Shown piece by piece: positions 30,039 through 40,139 of a stretch of 49,788 nucleotides of DNA (the stretch's first letter is position 1; each line of letters begins with the position of its first letter). The notes below the pieces were generated by a model. The model was not told the origin of the DNA. It was given only the letters and a program-made list of their open reading frames with translations, and did no database searches. This DNA comes from Bacilli bacterium (lineage in GTDB: Bacteria; Bacillota_I; Bacilli_A; RFN20; CAG-826), in NCBI GenBank assembly GCA_045628045.1, contig JAZQOV010000009.1, forward strand, positions 1 to 49,788, given 5' to 3'. Position numbers and translations under genes: made by a program.

Positions 30039-31007
30039 TTATATATTCAACAAATTGTTTTCTAGAATAATATTACCAAACTCATGGCCTAATCTAAGTA
30101 TTGAATCAACCGTATAATGATAAGCATCGCCACCACCGTGTTCGCTATTACCTAGTTTTAAATCAAGTCCATCACTAAGTGTATTTATTAGATAATTATT
30201 TGGGCTTTCTAAAGAAATTTCTTTTTTTGCATTATTCACTTGATCACAATAAGTCCACATAGAATCTTTTGAAATATAAGCATCAATTAAAGCAATGTTG
30301 TCTTTATTAGATTTATATGAATAAGGTTTGAATTCGTCTCTAATATCTTTTAAAAATGCTGAAAAATTTGTTTTATAATTTGCACCACCTGTTGATGAAT
30401 ATCCATCAGCTTCCCCTTGCATCCAAAGTAAACCACGGATTACTGGTAAATACCCATCTTGTGTAATTAAATATAAACAATTTGTAATAAATTCAACCAT
30501 ATCGGTATAAAGTTTTCCGGTTTTTCCCGATGACGGGGATCTAAAATTTGGATCACCATAAAATCCTGCGCCACTATAAGTGAATTTGATTAAATATACA
30601 GGTTTCGTACTTTTTCCGGTTAACTTTTCAGCTAGTCCAATTTCGGGGCCAAAACGTGATTTTGAAGCTCCATAGCCTAGTTTCGTAGTTACAAATTTGC
30701 CTTCCATCGGATATTCGTCGTTACTTTGGTTTTCCTTTCCAACATAACTTAATTTAATATCTTCAAAGCCATTTTTATAAATATCAGTAGGAAGATTGTT
30801 GTCACTTAGATATCCTGGTAAGCTTGATTCTAAGGATTGACCTTCCATATTTGATTGACCAGAAAGAATAAAAACATTAGCAGCATTTGTATAATCAAAC
30901 TTTTCCGTCACTTGATTATTTTCTATATCTTGTTTTTTATTAAAAAAATCCTTCATACTACATCCACTCAATATAATTGGTAACATTAAAATAAAACTTT
31001 TTTTCAT
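30039..31007 (-). CDS. SASA/CE6-type SGNH carbohydrate O-acetylesterase, lipoprotein
   Basis: Lipobox LSGC; GQSNMEG, FGPEIG, WMQGEAD, DAYH. Confidence 0.85.
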   Translation of the reverse strand: MKKSFILMLPIILSGCSMKDFFNKKQDIENNQVTEKFDYTNAANVFILSGQSNMEGQSLESSLPGYLSDNNLPTDIYKNGFEDIKLSYVGKENQSNDEYPMEGKFVTTKLGYGASKSRFGPEIGLAEKLTGKSTKPVYLIKFTYSGAGFYGDPNFRSPSSGKTGKLYTDMVEFITNCLYLITQDGYLPVIRGLLWMQGEADGYSSTGGANYKTNFSAFLKDIRDEFKPYSYKSNKDNIALIDAYISKDSMWTYCDQVNNAKKEISLESPNNYLINTLSDGLDLKLGNSEHGGGDAYHYTVDSILRLGHEFGNIILENNLLNI

Positions 31008-32761
31008 AATTTGTCCACTAAAGAAACGCTTTTTTTATTATCGTTTTCCAAAACATCAAAAATGATAATTTCATTAACACCTTTTTTTAATAAGTTTTTA
31101 GGAATATAAAGAAGATTATCGTTAAACTGATGAGTCCAATGTCTTCCTAAATTAAACTCGTTTATAAAAGCAACACCCCTTGTAAATCCTTTAACTTGTA
31201 AAAGCGTGTCTTCTACCTCTTCAATATTTATTTTGTATTTATAAAATGATGGTTTGTTTAATATTGTTTTATTATCTTTTAAATTCGGGAGTTTTATTAA
31301 CGGAACAGAGATAACATCAAAATCCATTGCAAAACCCTTCATGTGAAGTTCAAAATCTTCAATAATAATTTCACCAATCAAACCTTTATGATCTTTTAAG
31401 TTCGAACCGAAATTGATTCTTCCAAGGTTTTCGATAACAATTTCAATATCGTAATCACCCCTGTCTTCGATGTGATATGTATTGTCAGCATTATTCCTAT
31501 AGAAACTTTTCTTATATTCACCATTAACATATAAATGAGCAACATCGTGAATTTGTGGAAAAATAAGATTTCCGCCTTTGTTTCCGATAAAAACTTTTGT
31601 TTTATAAATTAAATATCCAAAACCATAATCAGTTTCTTCCATGTTGGGTAAATATGGAAATTTTCTTTTAAATCCTATTTCATCAATAACATCATTGAGT
31701 GAACATTTTGCAACAAATGCTGCTTCACCATAATTTTTAAGTTTTACATCACCACATTTTGATTTTGGAATTTCTTTTCCTAAATATTTATATATTTCTT
31801 TTTGAATAGCATAATATTTTTTAGTTCTTTGACCATATTCATTAATTGGAGCCTCAGTATCATAGGTTGTTCTTTGAACAATCAAATTTCCTCCAAAATC
31901 TAATGAACCATTTAAAAAACCAAAATTTGTTCCACCACAAAACATATATGCATTAACTAATTCAGCATTTTCAAGAGCGGTTTTTACAGATTTTGCAACT
32001 TCATCAAGATCTCTAGATTTTCTTTCTTCACAAAAATGCTCAGCTCTGCCTGTCCAAAGTTCCATAACTGCGCCTATTTGATTTGGACAATATTTTTTTA
32101 AAACACCAATGCATCTTTCACTATCACATCGGTAATTAACAGAGTGCAATACACCATCAACACCGCCACGTTTTTGCAAAAATTCACTATCATTATCAGA
32201 AGTTATATAGTCAACTTCCATTCCGCTATTATCGAATAAACTTTTAATATAATTTAAATAAACTTTATCTGACCCATAGCAACCATACTCATTTTCAATT
32301 TGAACAAAAATTACATTTCCACCATGTCTTATTGTTCTTGGCCTTAAGATTTGACAGACTTGCTTAAAAAATGGTGTCATTTTATCAAGAAATGTTTTTT
32401 CGGAACATCTCAACTTGATATTATCGTATTTTAATAACCACCATGGAAAAGCTCCAAAGTCCCATTCGGAACAAATATAAGGTCCAGGTCTAACAATAGC
32501 ATAAAGACCTAACTCCTTAGCTAAATCCAAGAATTTACCTAGGTCCTTTTGACTTTCAAAATCAAATTGGCCTTCAGTTTCCTCATGAATGTTCCAAGGA
32601 ACATATGTTTCAATACAATTTAAACCACATTCTTTAGCTTTTAAAAGTCTATCTTTCCAATAAATACTAGGAATTCGAAAATAATGAATAGACCCAGATA
32701 TAATTTTTTTTGGTTTACCGTTTATTAAAATATTTTCGGTAGTTATTTCAAATGTGCTCAT
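31004..32761 (-). CDS. Glycoside hydrolase family 35 (beta-galactosidase-like)
   Basis: SGSIHYFR, ETYVPWNIHE, RPGPYICSEW, QIENEYG, GGTNFG, ENLGRINFG. Confidence 0.92.
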   Translation of the reverse strand: MSTFEITTENILINGKPKKIISGSIHYFRIPSIYWKDRLLKAKECGLNCIETYVPWNIHEETEGQFDFESQKDLGKFLDLAKELGLYAIVRPGPYICSEWDFGAFPWWLLKYDNIKLRCSEKTFLDKMTPFFKQVCQILRPRTIRHGGNVIFVQIENEYGCYGSDKVYLNYIKSLFDNSGMEVDYITSDNDSEFLQKRGGVDGVLHSVNYRCDSERCIGVLKKYCPNQIGAVMELWTGRAEHFCEERKSRDLDEVAKSVKTALENAELVNAYMFCGGTNFGFLNGSLDFGGNLIVQRTTYDTEAPINEYGQRTKKYYAIQKEIYKYLGKEIPKSKCGDVKLKNYGEAAFVAKCSLNDVIDEIGFKRKFPYLPNMEETDYGFGYLIYKTKVFIGNKGGNLIFPQIHDVAHLYVNGEYKKSFYRNNADNTYHIEDRGDYDIEIVIENLGRINFGSNLKDHKGLIGEIIIEDFELHMKGFAMDFDVISVPLIKLPNLKDNKTILNKPSFYKYKINIEEVEDTLLQVKGFTRGVAFINEFNLGRHWTHQFNDNLLYIPKNLLKKGVNEIIIFDVLENDNKKSVSLVDKL

Positions 32762-32771
32762 TTTTTATTCC

Positions 32772-34469
32772 TTAAAATAATTCAAAATCAAAAATTCTTG
32801 CCTTTTTATCACCATAAGTAGAAATAGGTATTAAACTAACTTTACAAATTTCTTTCTGAATCAAATGCTTTCTATATCTTAAAAAATTATTTCTGATTAT
32901 AATGATTTCCTTTTTGCCATCTTTTGTTTCAAGAACAATGTCATAATCTTTAATCATTGTTTTTGCCACATTATATCTATCTTCATGAAGCAAATATACG
33001 CAAGGCATATTATCAAATTTTCGATTTAAATCAGAATCAAAAACCAATCGAATTCCGTTCACATATCTTTCTTTATCTAGTTCAATAACAATTTCTTTAT
33101 TTAAATCAGAAATAAATAGATTTTCTTCTTTACGTTCTTGCCCATTTTTTAAAATATCATTCGTAAATGTAGCGTGTTTATTAATTTCCGGAACCTCTCT
33201 ATCAACAAAAGGAATAAAGCAATCATCAGATAAAAGTCTTTGTTGAATTTTTTTAACATCAACAGTCCATGGAGAAGATTTATCTTCTTTAATTACTGAA
33301 ACGGCTGTTCCTAATGCTTGTCCTAAAAGTGCGCAAGTTGCCATAACTCGTGAAGAAGATAAAGCAGCATGTGTTACAGAAATGTTTCTTCCAGCAAACA
33401 TTAAATTATCAAAATCTCTGTGAACAATTGCTCTATAAGGTAAAGCCCAAGGAGAAGGTGCTTTATGATAAATTGTTGGATGACTTGTAGAATGATAAAA
33501 TCCAGCAGGAAAATGATCATCCATTGACCATCCGCCATAAGCAATGACATCTTCAAAATGCTTACCAGCATTATTAACATCATTTTCATTTACAATATAT
33601 TTTCCAATATAACGTCTCGATTCACGTTTTCCTGGTAAAAAACCAATCCAATCCATTTCCCAATTATCTGCGCCATGGTCTTCTTGATTTTTCATATGAT
33701 CCCACACACCATAAGCGATTTTAAGTAATTCTTCACGGCATGCATCAACATCGTGAATACAATCTCTTTCTCCGCCATATTCAATCCACCAAAAATTATT
33801 ATCTTTTAGATAATGGTGATCTTTAAATGGCAAATCTGCATTCGTTTTATATGTATAAGCAAATGGCGGTTTTATAAATTTCTTCGGAGAGTCTGTTTCT
33901 CTAATTTGAAACATGCACGACATTCCCATTGTTTTTTTGTCTGCTATCTCAGGTGGAATTGATTCGTTAAAATCGCTCTTAGCTTCTCTGCCATAACTAA
34001 ATGCAGCGCCAGTTAATGCTGCAATTATAGAATCACCAGAGCAGTCAGCAAAAATATCGGCTTCAATAGTAAAATTTGTTTCAGTATTCAATTGCCAACA
34101 TTTTATTGAATTAATATGGTTTGCTGAATAATCACATCCTAAACATGTGGTATTTAAAAGTAAGGTTATATTTTCTTCTGCTAAAACCTTTTGATAAAGA
34201 ACTGTATCCCACATTGGAAATCTATGTGATGTGTTATAGTAATAATTTTCACATTCTATTTCCTCAATAAGACCTGTTTCTCTATTATCTAAGCCGTGTG
34301 CTCCACCTACCCACATTCTAATTTCGCTAGAAGAATTGCCTCCCAAAACTGGTCTATCTTGCACTAAAATGACCTTAACACCGTGTCTGGCAGCAGAAAT
34401 AGCGGCACAAACGCCACTTAATCCACCGCCTATTACACATAAATCGGTTTTGTAGTTAATTGTTCTCAT
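32772..34469 (-). CDS. FAD-dependent oxidoreductase (FAD_oxidored/PF12831-like) with a C-terminal beta-sandwich
   Basis: VIGGGLSGVCAA, LGGNSSSE, DCSGD, RESRR, AGRNIS, RVMATC; start at MRTINY (34469). Confidence 0.88.
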   Translation of the reverse strand: MRTINYKTDLCVIGGGLSGVCAAISAARHGVKVILVQDRPVLGGNSSSEIRMWVGGAHGLDNRETGLIEEIECENYYYNTSHRFPMWDTVLYQKVLAEENITLLLNTTCLGCDYSANHINSIKCWQLNTETNFTIEADIFADCSGDSIIAALTGAAFSYGREAKSDFNESIPPEIADKKTMGMSCMFQIRETDSPKKFIKPPFAYTYKTNADLPFKDHHYLKDNNFWWIEYGGERDCIHDVDACREELLKIAYGVWDHMKNQEDHGADNWEMDWIGFLPGKRESRRYIGKYIVNENDVNNAGKHFEDVIAYGGWSMDDHFPAGFYHSTSHPTIYHKAPSPWALPYRAIVHRDFDNLMFAGRNISVTHAALSSSRVMATCALLGQALGTAVSVIKEDKSSPWTVDVKKIQQRLLSDDCFIPFVDREVPEINKHATFTNDILKNGQERKEENLFISDLNKEIVIELDKERYVNGIRLVFDSDLNRKFDNMPCVYLLHEDRYNVAKTMIKDYDIVLETKDGKKEIIIIRNNFLRYRKHLIQKEICKVSLIPISTYGDKKARIFDFELF

Positions 34470-34470
34470 T

Positions 34471-35688
34471 TTATTTTGTGACGTCGTCACAAGTACCATT
34501 TAATTCAATATAATCTGCAAAGGTATTTAGATCGCCACTTCCTCCTGCAATTTCTTGATAGGCATAGGCAGCAGCTTTAGCTGCACCGCGCCTTAAATTG
34601 GTTTCGTTCGCGCTCGCTTCACGTGCTTTTGTTGGGTCTGCAAATAAACCATATCTCGCTCCATCTAAATCCCACATTCTATAATAATGCATAGCTTCAA
34701 CATAATATAAATCATCGCGAGCAGCTTCATACATTTCCTTAACAAATCTTGCGCATTTTGCCTCATCATTACTATAGTTAGTATCATTAATACCTGCTTC
34801 AGTTAAAAAGACTTTCTTGTCTTTTCCTTCACGTTTTTTTACAACATCATAAATTTCATTATTAATGCTAATAAAACCTCTTTTGGAGAACCCTGACATA
34901 TAAGGATGCCATGCAGCACATTGAAAATAGTCATCTGGATTATTAGAATCCCAATGTCCTTTATTGTCAACGTTGTAAATTAAATCATATAGTTTATCTA
35001 TAAAGGTAGCGGCGCTTTTTACGACAAGTCCACCCATAACAGTTATCGCATTTGGGTTACCTCTATGAATTCCTTTTGAACCAAAATACATCATATCGTA
35101 TGTTATTTGAGCCATTTCATCTTGCGAAAATTGGCCACCACCAACTTTAGTCATAAAATCAACGTTGTTGGTTTCGTTATCAATTTCCCAATAAGTGATT
35201 TCTGGAAACAATTGAACAAGCGTATACCAGCTTTGTTCATAATCTTCTAACCACTTCAAGTATCTACTTCCTGGAGTTAAGTCTCTTGGAGGTTTTGCAG
35301 TAGCAGTTGTAGCGTATTGCTCAGTATAATTACGTTTAAATGAACCATGGTTCATTCCTATAATTTGGTATCCTTCATCTTTAATTTGATCAAGTGAATC
35401 TCTTGCTACTTGATATTGTTTTTGATCTACTGTTGTTGGATCAGAAAGCATCCATGTTGCGTGAGCCCAAAATCTTATTGATTTAACCCCAAGTGCCTTA
35501 AATAATTTATGTTCTTGAGTAAACGAAATATGAGACCATTGTTTTTCTTGCCAATAAATATCATCCATCCCGAAAATTAATGATTTATCAACACTAAAAT
35601 TTTGATCGTCATTTCTTTTTTTAAATGGTTCACAAGATGTTGATAATAAAACGGTTGGAAGTAATAGTAATAATCTAATCTTTTTCAT
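34471..35688 (-). CDS. Clan GH-A glycoside hydrolase lipoprotein (GH39/GH5-like)
   Basis: Lipobox STSC; LGVKSIR, WEIDNE (acid/base), WHPY, VFLTEAG (nucleophile), YGLF. Confidence 0.75.
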   Translation of the reverse strand: MKKIRLLLLLPTVLLSTSCEPFKKRNDDQNFSVDKSLIFGMDDIYWQEKQWSHISFTQEHKLFKALGVKSIRFWAHATWMLSDPTTVDQKQYQVARDSLDQIKDEGYQIIGMNHGSFKRNYTEQYATTATAKPPRDLTPGSRYLKWLEDYEQSWYTLVQLFPEITYWEIDNETNNVDFMTKVGGGQFSQDEMAQITYDMMYFGSKGIHRGNPNAITVMGGLVVKSAATFIDKLYDLIYNVDNKGHWDSNNPDDYFQCAAWHPYMSGFSKRGFISINNEIYDVVKKREGKDKKVFLTEAGINDTNYSNDEAKCARFVKEMYEAARDDLYYVEAMHYYRMWDLDGARYGLFADPTKAREASANETNLRRGAAKAAAYAYQEIAGGSGDLNTFADYIELNGTCDDVTK

Positions 35689-35703
35689 ATTTGTTAGTCT
35701 CCT

Positions 35704-36987
35704 TTAATTATTTTTTAAATAATCTTCATATAATGTCAAACTGCCATTTCCTCCTGATACTTCTTGGAAGGAGTAGGCGGTAGCTTTCGGTTTTGCTAAT
35801 GAATTACCTGTGTTTGGATTAAGTTCACAAGGATTTGTGAATAATCCATATCTACCAACTTGAGAAAGTTTCTCGTCCCACATTCTATAATAATGTAAAT
35901 TTTCAACATAGTATAACGATTCAGCACATGCATACATTTGTTTTAGCTGCTCAGCACACATCGCTTCTGTGTATCTATAAGTTTTTCCGTTCATACTATA
36001 AGTCCAATGTTCAGAAAAACCGGCTTCGGTTAGGAATACTTTTTTGTCTTTTCCTTCTCTTGTCTTAATAACATCATAAATAGCATTGCATTGTTTTACA
36101 AAGCCATAATTTTCATCATTTGGAAAAGGAATATAAGGGTGCCATGCAGCAATCTGGAAGAAATCATCCGGATTATTTGAAGGCCAGGTTTCTTTAAGCT
36201 CAATATAATCATACAATTCATCAAGCCAATCTTGAGGTGAACCAGTTGGAGAAGTCCAAACAACCATGCCGCCCATTACGGTTTTGGCATTTGGGTTTGC
36301 TCTATGAATTCCTAATGAAGCTCTATAGGACATATCATAATAAACAGCGGCCATCTCTCTAATTGAAAATTCGATTCCTTCAGTGCCAATTCGATGCATG
36401 AAATCATAGTTATTACACTCATTATCAATTTCCCAATATTCAATTTCTGGGAAAGCCGAAACAAGCGTATACCAAGTTGTTTCATAGTCATCAAGCCACC
36501 TCATATATCTAGAACCAGGATTTGTATCTCTTGGAGGCTTTGCACTATTTCCTTCGGCATTATATTCACCACGATATTCGTTATGAAAATTGGTATGATT
36601 CATTCCAATAATTTGAGCATAAGGATTTGTTTCTTTTAAATCATCGAATATTTCTCTAAAAATTGGATAATTTTTTGTATGTAATTTAGTAGGGCTTTCT
36701 AATACTTCTGTTGCGTGAGCCCAGAAACGCACGGATGTTACCCCTAAATTTGAAAACAATTTGTGCGCAAATTTATAATCAATTTGACTCCATGTATATT
36801 CTTCAAATGAAATGTCTGTAATTCCATAAAGGTAATCTTTATTAACAGAAAAAGGCTCTTCGTTTTGATTATTGTTTCCATTTTCATTAGTAGTTGGTTC
36901 GGTCTTTTTTGGAAAAATAAAATCACATCCAGTTAAGACTAAAGAAAATATTGAACCTAGAAAAAGTAAACATTTATTTCTTTTCAT
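35704..36987 (-). CDS. Clan GH-A glycoside hydrolase lipoprotein, paralog of the adjacent gene
   Basis: Lipobox LTGC; WEIDNE, WHPY, VFLTEAG; shares AKPPRD.PGSRY..WL.DYE with 34471-35688; start at MKRNK (36987). Confidence 0.75.
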   Translation of the reverse strand: MKRNKCLLFLGSIFSLVLTGCDFIFPKKTEPTTNENGNNNQNEEPFSVNKDYLYGITDISFEEYTWSQIDYKFAHKLFSNLGVTSVRFWAHATEVLESPTKLHTKNYPIFREIFDDLKETNPYAQIIGMNHTNFHNEYRGEYNAEGNSAKPPRDTNPGSRYMRWLDDYETTWYTLVSAFPEIEYWEIDNECNNYDFMHRIGTEGIEFSIREMAAVYYDMSYRASLGIHRANPNAKTVMGGMVVWTSPTGSPQDWLDELYDYIELKETWPSNNPDDFFQIAAWHPYIPFPNDENYGFVKQCNAIYDVIKTREGKDKKVFLTEAGFSEHWTYSMNGKTYRYTEAMCAEQLKQMYACAESLYYVENLHYYRMWDEKLSQVGRYGLFTNPCELNPNTGNSLAKPKATAYSFQEVSGGNGSLTLYEDYLKNN

Positions 36988-38188
36988 TTTTCCTTCCCCC
37001 TTCAAAATCCATACGTCTATCCGCTATTCTTATGTTAAGAATAAATTCTATCAATGTTGTTTTATTTTCATTTAATTTCCCAAAATAAATTGGAATTACG
37101 TTTATAAACCATAGACCAAAACTAATTATCAAAAATAATAAAGGAGTGAAAACAAAATTATCAGTTACACCATAAGGATAAATAAAGAAACTCTGTCCAT
37201 AACCAGTATAAAATGGTATTGCTAATGCAAAGAAACACAAAACAATTTTTATTAATCCATAAAGAAGTTTCTTAAAAAATGTTAAATAATAACCATCAGA
37301 ATCACACAACTCATAATGGCAAAATTTTCTTATAGGTGTAATGCCTGTTTTTGTAATTAATGGCATTATTAAAAAATAAGATATCGCCAAAATAAGATAA
37401 TTTATTGTGAAACCGTAACTAATAAATTTAGAACACTTAAGAGACATATTTTCATAAACTCTAAATTGTTCTTGATATTTAGGAGAACTTTCTAAATAAG
37501 AATTAGCAAGTTCATAATACTCATTATAAAATTTGTTTATTTCCTTCATTGCGCCGTTTTCTTGGCCATTTATTAACTCAGTATATAAAATAACAGCAAC
37601 ATTTTCTGTAGAAGTGACCCTATCAAATTCAGGATTTAAAATAAAAATTTCTTCTGGCTCATAATAAACGAAAAGATTATGGTATTTTTCTAAATCAAGA
37701 ATATTTTCTTTGTAATTCGAAACTGGATCCGTTGTGCTTATTAAACCTTCTCTAATAGCATAATCTGTAAAAAAATATTCTAATTCGTCAGTTTCTTTTG
37801 TTATGGCACTTAATTTATATGGATCATCAATTTTAACATAGTTAGCATTTTTAAAATCATCAGGAAAAAGATCGAAAGATTTATGTATTTGTTTATAACA
37901 ATACCTTTTAAACATATCGTATTGGTCTGCGGCATTATCAGAAGAATAACGATAGACTAATCCGCTTTCTTCGCCAATTTTATATAGGTTTTCTTCACTT
38001 TTTATTCTTTCTTGTTCATATTCTTTGTAATGTGGTAGAACCTTAATTACATTCGAAGTGATTAAAGAAAAAACAAAAAGAGAGGCAAACCCAATTAATA
38101 ATAATTCTAAAATCTCCACAAAAAGGCGTCTGCTTTTATCGGCATACGGATAAAAATCTAAATCAATTGGCGCCTTTCCTTTTTTCAT
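36974..38188 (-). CDS. Degenerate RDD-like membrane protein with a large extracytoplasmic loop
   Basis: RRLFVEILE, GITPIRK, TTLIEFILNIRI follow the RDD layout of the two proteins at 6.9-9.0 kb; LCDSDGY matches LADSDGY and ISNDGY there. Confidence 0.6.
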   Translation of the reverse strand: MKKGKAPIDLDFYPYADKSRRLFVEILELLLIGFASLFVFSLITSNVIKVLPHYKEYEQERIKSEENLYKIGEESGLVYRYSSDNAADQYDMFKRYCYKQIHKSFDLFPDDFKNANYVKIDDPYKLSAITKETDELEYFFTDYAIREGLISTTDPVSNYKENILDLEKYHNLFVYYEPEEIFILNPEFDRVTSTENVAVILYTELINGQENGAMKEINKFYNEYYELANSYLESSPKYQEQFRVYENMSLKCSKFISYGFTINYLILAISYFLIMPLITKTGITPIRKFCHYELCDSDGYYLTFFKKLLYGLIKIVLCFFALAIPFYTGYGQSFFIYPYGVTDNFVFTPLLFLIISFGLWFINVIPIYFGKLNENKTTLIEFILNIRIADRRMDFEGGRKNEKK

Positions 38189-40102
38189 TTAAAATAATGC
38201 TCTTTCAGTAAAATCATCAAAGATATGGATACGGTCAACATTAAATTTAATGTCGATTTTATCATTAACATTGTAATTTTGGTTAGAAGCAACCTTTAAA
38301 ACTAATTTTTCTTTGTTTACTTTTGAGTAAATGTAATATTCGCTTCCTAAAAGCTCAACAACATCAGCATTAACTGGCATTGAATCCTTAACTTCCGAAC
38401 CAACTGTTTCAATGTCTTCAGGTCTTACTCCAAAGAAACATGTGAAATTACCGTTAAGTTTTTTTGTATAATCCTTAATAATGTTTGCAATTTTATCTTT
38501 TGCCATTAAATAAACATCATGTCTTTTATCAGTTTCGTCTTTGAGAGCATTATCAAGTCGTTTATCTGTTTCTTTAAGCCTTTCAATTTCGCTTTTATAG
38601 AAATTACTATAGGCTTCTATTTGCTTACTTGTAAGTTTAATCTTAAACCCGTTAGCGAGCTCTATAACACCGTCTTGTACTTTAGCTTTTACAATATTCA
38701 TTGCTGGAGCTCCGATAAATGTAGCGACAAACAAATTGACTGGATGTTCATAAATTTGTCTTGGTGCGCCAATTTGTTGAACAATGCCTTCATTCATTAC
38801 AACAATACGATCCGCCATTGTCATAGCTTCTGTCTGATCGTGAGTAACATAAATGGTTGTTGCACCAATTTGACGATGCAAAGATACAATTTCGGCTCTC
38901 ATTTGAACTCTTAATTTAGCATCAAGATTTGAAAGAGGTTCATCCATTAGGAATGCCGCTGCATTTCGAACAATTGCTCTTCCAAGAGCCACACGTTGTC
39001 TTTGACCACCAGAAAGTGCTTTTGGTTTTCTATTTAAATATTTTGTAATTTCTAAAATTTCAGCAACTTCATTAACCTTTTTCTCTATTTCAGCTTTTGG
39101 CATATGTTTATAAACATATTTTTGAGTTATTTCTTTGCTTACTTTTTCAATTTCTTTATCTAACGTTAAAAGTTCAGCATTTGCTCTAGCAATTCTACTT
39201 TTATCGTAATTTTCTTTTTCTTGAAGAATAAATAATCTATTTGCAATACTTAATTTTTGTTTTTCGAAATCAACATTATTAAGTGTCTTTGCTTTTAATT
39301 TACTAAGTTTTCTATTAGCTTCACTATTTTCTTTTTTAAGTAAAGAAAGCTCTGAAATTATATCTGCCTTGGTTTTTTCATCAGCCTTTCCTAATTTTTC
39401 TTCTAACTTAGCAATTTGCTTTTCAAACTCAATAATACTTTTTTCTAGCTTAACAATTTCAGTTTTATTAAAAGTATTTTCACTATCTAAACTAAGTAAT
39501 TTTGCCTTCTTAGTTTCGATGTTTTTCGCTTCTTTATGGTAAGAATCTATATCACTAGTTGATTCTTTAATAACTTCTTTAAGATTTTTCTTCTTTGCAT
39601 TAAGCTGTTTAATTTTTCTTTGATCGACTGATAAAACTGGTTTTCCATCCTTATCAAACACAGGAACTAATACTTTTTTAATCTTTAATCCAAAAGCCAT
39701 ATTATCAAAAACAGACATATGTGGATATAAAGCATAGCTTTGGAAAACCATGGCAATATCTCTATCTTTTGGAGGAAGTTCGTTTGTGTAAACACGATTT
39801 ATAAATAATTCGCCACTCGAAATATCTTCAAGACCGCAAATCATTCTTAAAGTGGTTGATTTTCCGCATCCAGAAGGCCCGACAAGTACAATAAATTCAT
39901 TATTATTAATATTGAGGTTAAAATCAAAAACAGCTTGAACATCATTATCATAAATTTTATTTAAATTCTTGATAACAATGTAACCATTTGATTCATTATG
40001 CTTTTCGTCAACTTGACTTGGATAAATGATCGAATTAACTTTAGCTAAATTACGCTTTTCAAGTTCGGCTTTCTTAGCTTCTTTTGCTTTTTCTTTTTTC
40101 AT
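38189..40102 (-). CDS. Sugar ABC ATPase (MsmX/MalK-like) with a ~190-aa coiled-coil insertion
   Basis: GPSGCGKS, FQSYALYPH, LSGGQRQR, FLMDEP, VTHDQTEA, TOBE domain. Confidence 0.93.
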   Translation of the reverse strand: MKKEKAKEAKKAELEKRNLAKVNSIIYPSQVDEKHNESNGYIVIKNLNKIYDNDVQAVFDFNLNINNNEFIVLVGPSGCGKSTTLRMICGLEDISSGELFINRVYTNELPPKDRDIAMVFQSYALYPHMSVFDNMAFGLKIKKVLVPVFDKDGKPVLSVDQRKIKQLNAKKKNLKEVIKESTSDIDSYHKEAKNIETKKAKLLSLDSENTFNKTEIVKLEKSIIEFEKQIAKLEEKLGKADEKTKADIISELSLLKKENSEANRKLSKLKAKTLNNVDFEKQKLSIANRLFILQEKENYDKSRIARANAELLTLDKEIEKVSKEITQKYVYKHMPKAEIEKKVNEVAEILEITKYLNRKPKALSGGQRQRVALGRAIVRNAAAFLMDEPLSNLDAKLRVQMRAEIVSLHRQIGATTIYVTHDQTEAMTMADRIVVMNEGIVQQIGAPRQIYEHPVNLFVATFIGAPAMNIVKAKVQDGVIELANGFKIKLTSKQIEAYSNFYKSEIERLKETDKRLDNALKDETDKRHDVYLMAKDKIANIIKDYTKKLNGNFTCFFGVRPEDIETVGSEVKDSMPVNADVVELLGSEYYIYSKVNKEKLVLKVASNQNYNVNDKIDIKFNVDRIHIFDDFTERALF

Positions 40103-40139
40103 TTTGTTTTACCTCACTAGTTATATATAATAATTTAAT

